DNA from: a candidate division WOR-3 bacterium | Lineage (GTDB): Bacteria; Hydrothermota; Hydrothermia; JBDRYB01 | Length of the DNA: 15,392 bases | Assembly: GCA_049969615.1 (NCBI GenBank) | Contig: JBMFOM010000040.1 | Span: 1 to 15,392 of the forward strand | Reading direction: 5' to 3' | In this document: positions 14,256 to 15,392 of the stretch, piece after piece | Position numbering within the stretch: the first letter of the stretch is position 1 | How the letters are laid out: every line of letters begins with the position of its first letter | Position numbers and translations under genes: made by a program | The notes under the pieces: model-generated | What the model was told of the DNA's origin: nothing | Seen by the model: only the letters and a program-made list of their open reading frames with translations | Database searches by the model: none

Positions 14256-15161
14256 TTAGCTCCCATAGATTACAAAACCCCCTACCCGGAGGCCTTCCCA
14301 GTATCCCCCACGAAGCCCAAGGCTAAATTTTCCGAGGCTGAGCATCGCATGGCCCAGGAAGAGCGGGTCACCCACATAGCCGCCAGCGAGTCTGGTCCGA
14401 AGAGGGCCGAAAGCCCTTTCATATGTCAGCAGGCCACCAGATTGGCCACGATGAAGGAATTCCGCCGATATCCCCAAAGGCCGCGAGGATAGATTGAGGC
14501 CTATCTCAACCGGAAAGCCATCACGAAGGCTATCAGGAATGACCGTCTCCCTGAGGACGAAGCCGTTTAGGCTGTCTCCCTGGAACTTTCTCTCCGTTTC
14601 CAGGAAATTCGGCCAATATCTCCCAGAGAAACCCGCAGAGAGGAGGCCCATATCCAGCATAAGCCCAATGCCACCACCGTAGGCAAGGGGCGAAGACGAG
14701 ACAAGGATGTCATCCGGAAATACAGTTCCGCTTGCTGAGGAGAACTCATCCAAAAGGCTACCCAGGGTGCCGAGGGCCTCGGCACCCCAGGAGAAAGCTC
14801 CCCTGGATTGACAGAAGGCTATTCTCAGGGTATAGAACCTGATGTTAGTTTTCTGGGTTATCGTGTCCACATCCGAGGTGTCATCCCTGATGATGTGTTT
14901 CTTGTCTCCAGAATAAACGAACGAACCGCCCGCGTCCAGCCATATCTTCCCCGCACCGGGTATCCTGAAACCCAGGCCAATCGGCCCAGGGACAAGGCCG
15001 CCCATCCACCCTCCTTCGGCATAAAATATCCCGTTTTCCAGAAAGGAGAAGTCCGCTGGGTTGCTGGACAGAAAACCAGCGCCGGGCATTGCTGACGGGG
15101 ATACCCAAAACCTCGCTGTGTCAAAGGGCAGGCTCAGCAAAACTAGCAAGGTCATCATCAT
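14256..15161 (-). CDS. Hypothetical outer-membrane beta-barrel protein (possibly FadL/PorV-like)
   Basis: 301 aa, short hydrophobic N-terminus, early NPA motif, Gly/aromatic alternating strands, C-terminal VGGFVIY. The true start may be the second ATG (15158). Confidence 0.6.
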   Translation of the reverse strand: MMMTLLVLLSLPFDTARFWVSPSAMPGAGFLSSNPADFSFLENGIFYAEGGWMGGLVPGPIGLGFRIPGAGKIWLDAGGSFVYSGDKKHIIRDDTSDVDTITQKTNIRFYTLRIAFCQSRGAFSWGAEALGTLGSLLDEFSSASGTVFPDDILVSSSPLAYGGGIGLMLDMGLLSAGFSGRYWPNFLETERKFQGDSLNGFVLRETVIPDSLRDGFPVEIGLNLSSRPLGISAEFLHRGQSGGLLTYERAFGPLRTRLAGGYVGDPLFLGHAMLSLGKFSLGLRGGYWEGLRVGGFVIYGS

Positions 15162-15165
15162 ACAA

Positions 15166-15195
15166 AAGATAAACCACGAGAATGGCTCACTGCAA
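15166..15195 (-). promoter_or_regulatory. Probable leaderless sigma70-type promoter
   Basis: Minus strand TTGCAG (15195-15190), 18 nt, TATCTT (15171-15166), then 4 nt to ATG 15161 or 7 nt to ATG 15158. Confidence 0.5.
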
Positions 15196-15207
15196 CCACC
15201 CGTTCGC

Positions 15208-15392
15208 TCAGATGAACAGCAGGTATTTCACCTTTGCCTGCAATTCCGAGCCGGTGGTGATCATCCTGCCCGTGCCGTTGTCATCGGCTCCGTGGTTATA
15301 GACCAGATAGAACCAGGATTTTGGCGCGAACTCCCAGGAGAAAATTGCTCCGCCAACAAGCCTGGCCAGCTCAGCATTGGAAAGGTTGTAGC
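15208..15392 (-). CDS. 3' end of a beta-barrel protein, DUF5916-like; truncated by the window edge
   Basis: Not in the ORF track. Hand translation gives ...YNLSNAELARLVGGAIFSWEFAPKSWFYLVYNHGADDNGTGRMITTGSELQAKVKYLLFI*. The WEF.P.S..YLVYN and K..Y pattern resembles DUF5916 C-termini. Confidence 0.65.
   Translation of the reverse strand, partial: YNLSNAELARLVGGAIFSWEFAPKSWFYLVYNHGADDNGTGRMITTGSELQAKVKYLLFI

Noticed and set aside
1118-15124. Remaining short, antisense or out-of-frame ORFs in the track, and the extended starts at 3230, 6172 and 10666
   Set aside because: They are shadows of well-supported genes with no motifs. The extended starts overlap upstream genes, promoters or terminators, and better-supported starts exist downstream.

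Overview
Gene-dense chromosomal window from a diderm (outer-membrane-bearing), probably anaerobic bacterium; taxonomy cannot be fixed from the sequence. In order it holds: divergent tRNA-Ile2(CAT) and tRNA-Leu(TAA); a Wzi-like outer-membrane protein; a tightly coupled speE - HNH endonuclease - speB - Mut7-C operon; a peptidase M15-type gene; a GT2 glycosyltransferase; holB; a TonB-dependent receptor; NfnAB/SudBA-type transhydrogenase genes; a DUF4438 protein; and two beta-barrel-like genes, the last truncated. No transposase, integrase or CRISPR array was seen. The most notable unexplained signals are: (i) a dispersed non-coding repeat of about 115-170 bp with two copies about 88% identical over the core plus fragments, each full copy adjoining a sigma70-type promoter; (ii) a highly structured non-coding stretch behind tRNA-Leu; (iii) a nuclease pair embedded in a polyamine operon; (iv) pervasive leaderless promoters with an 18-bp spacer; (v) ultra-short, uncharged signal-peptide-like N-termini. 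All product calls come from motif recognition by eye, without database searches.
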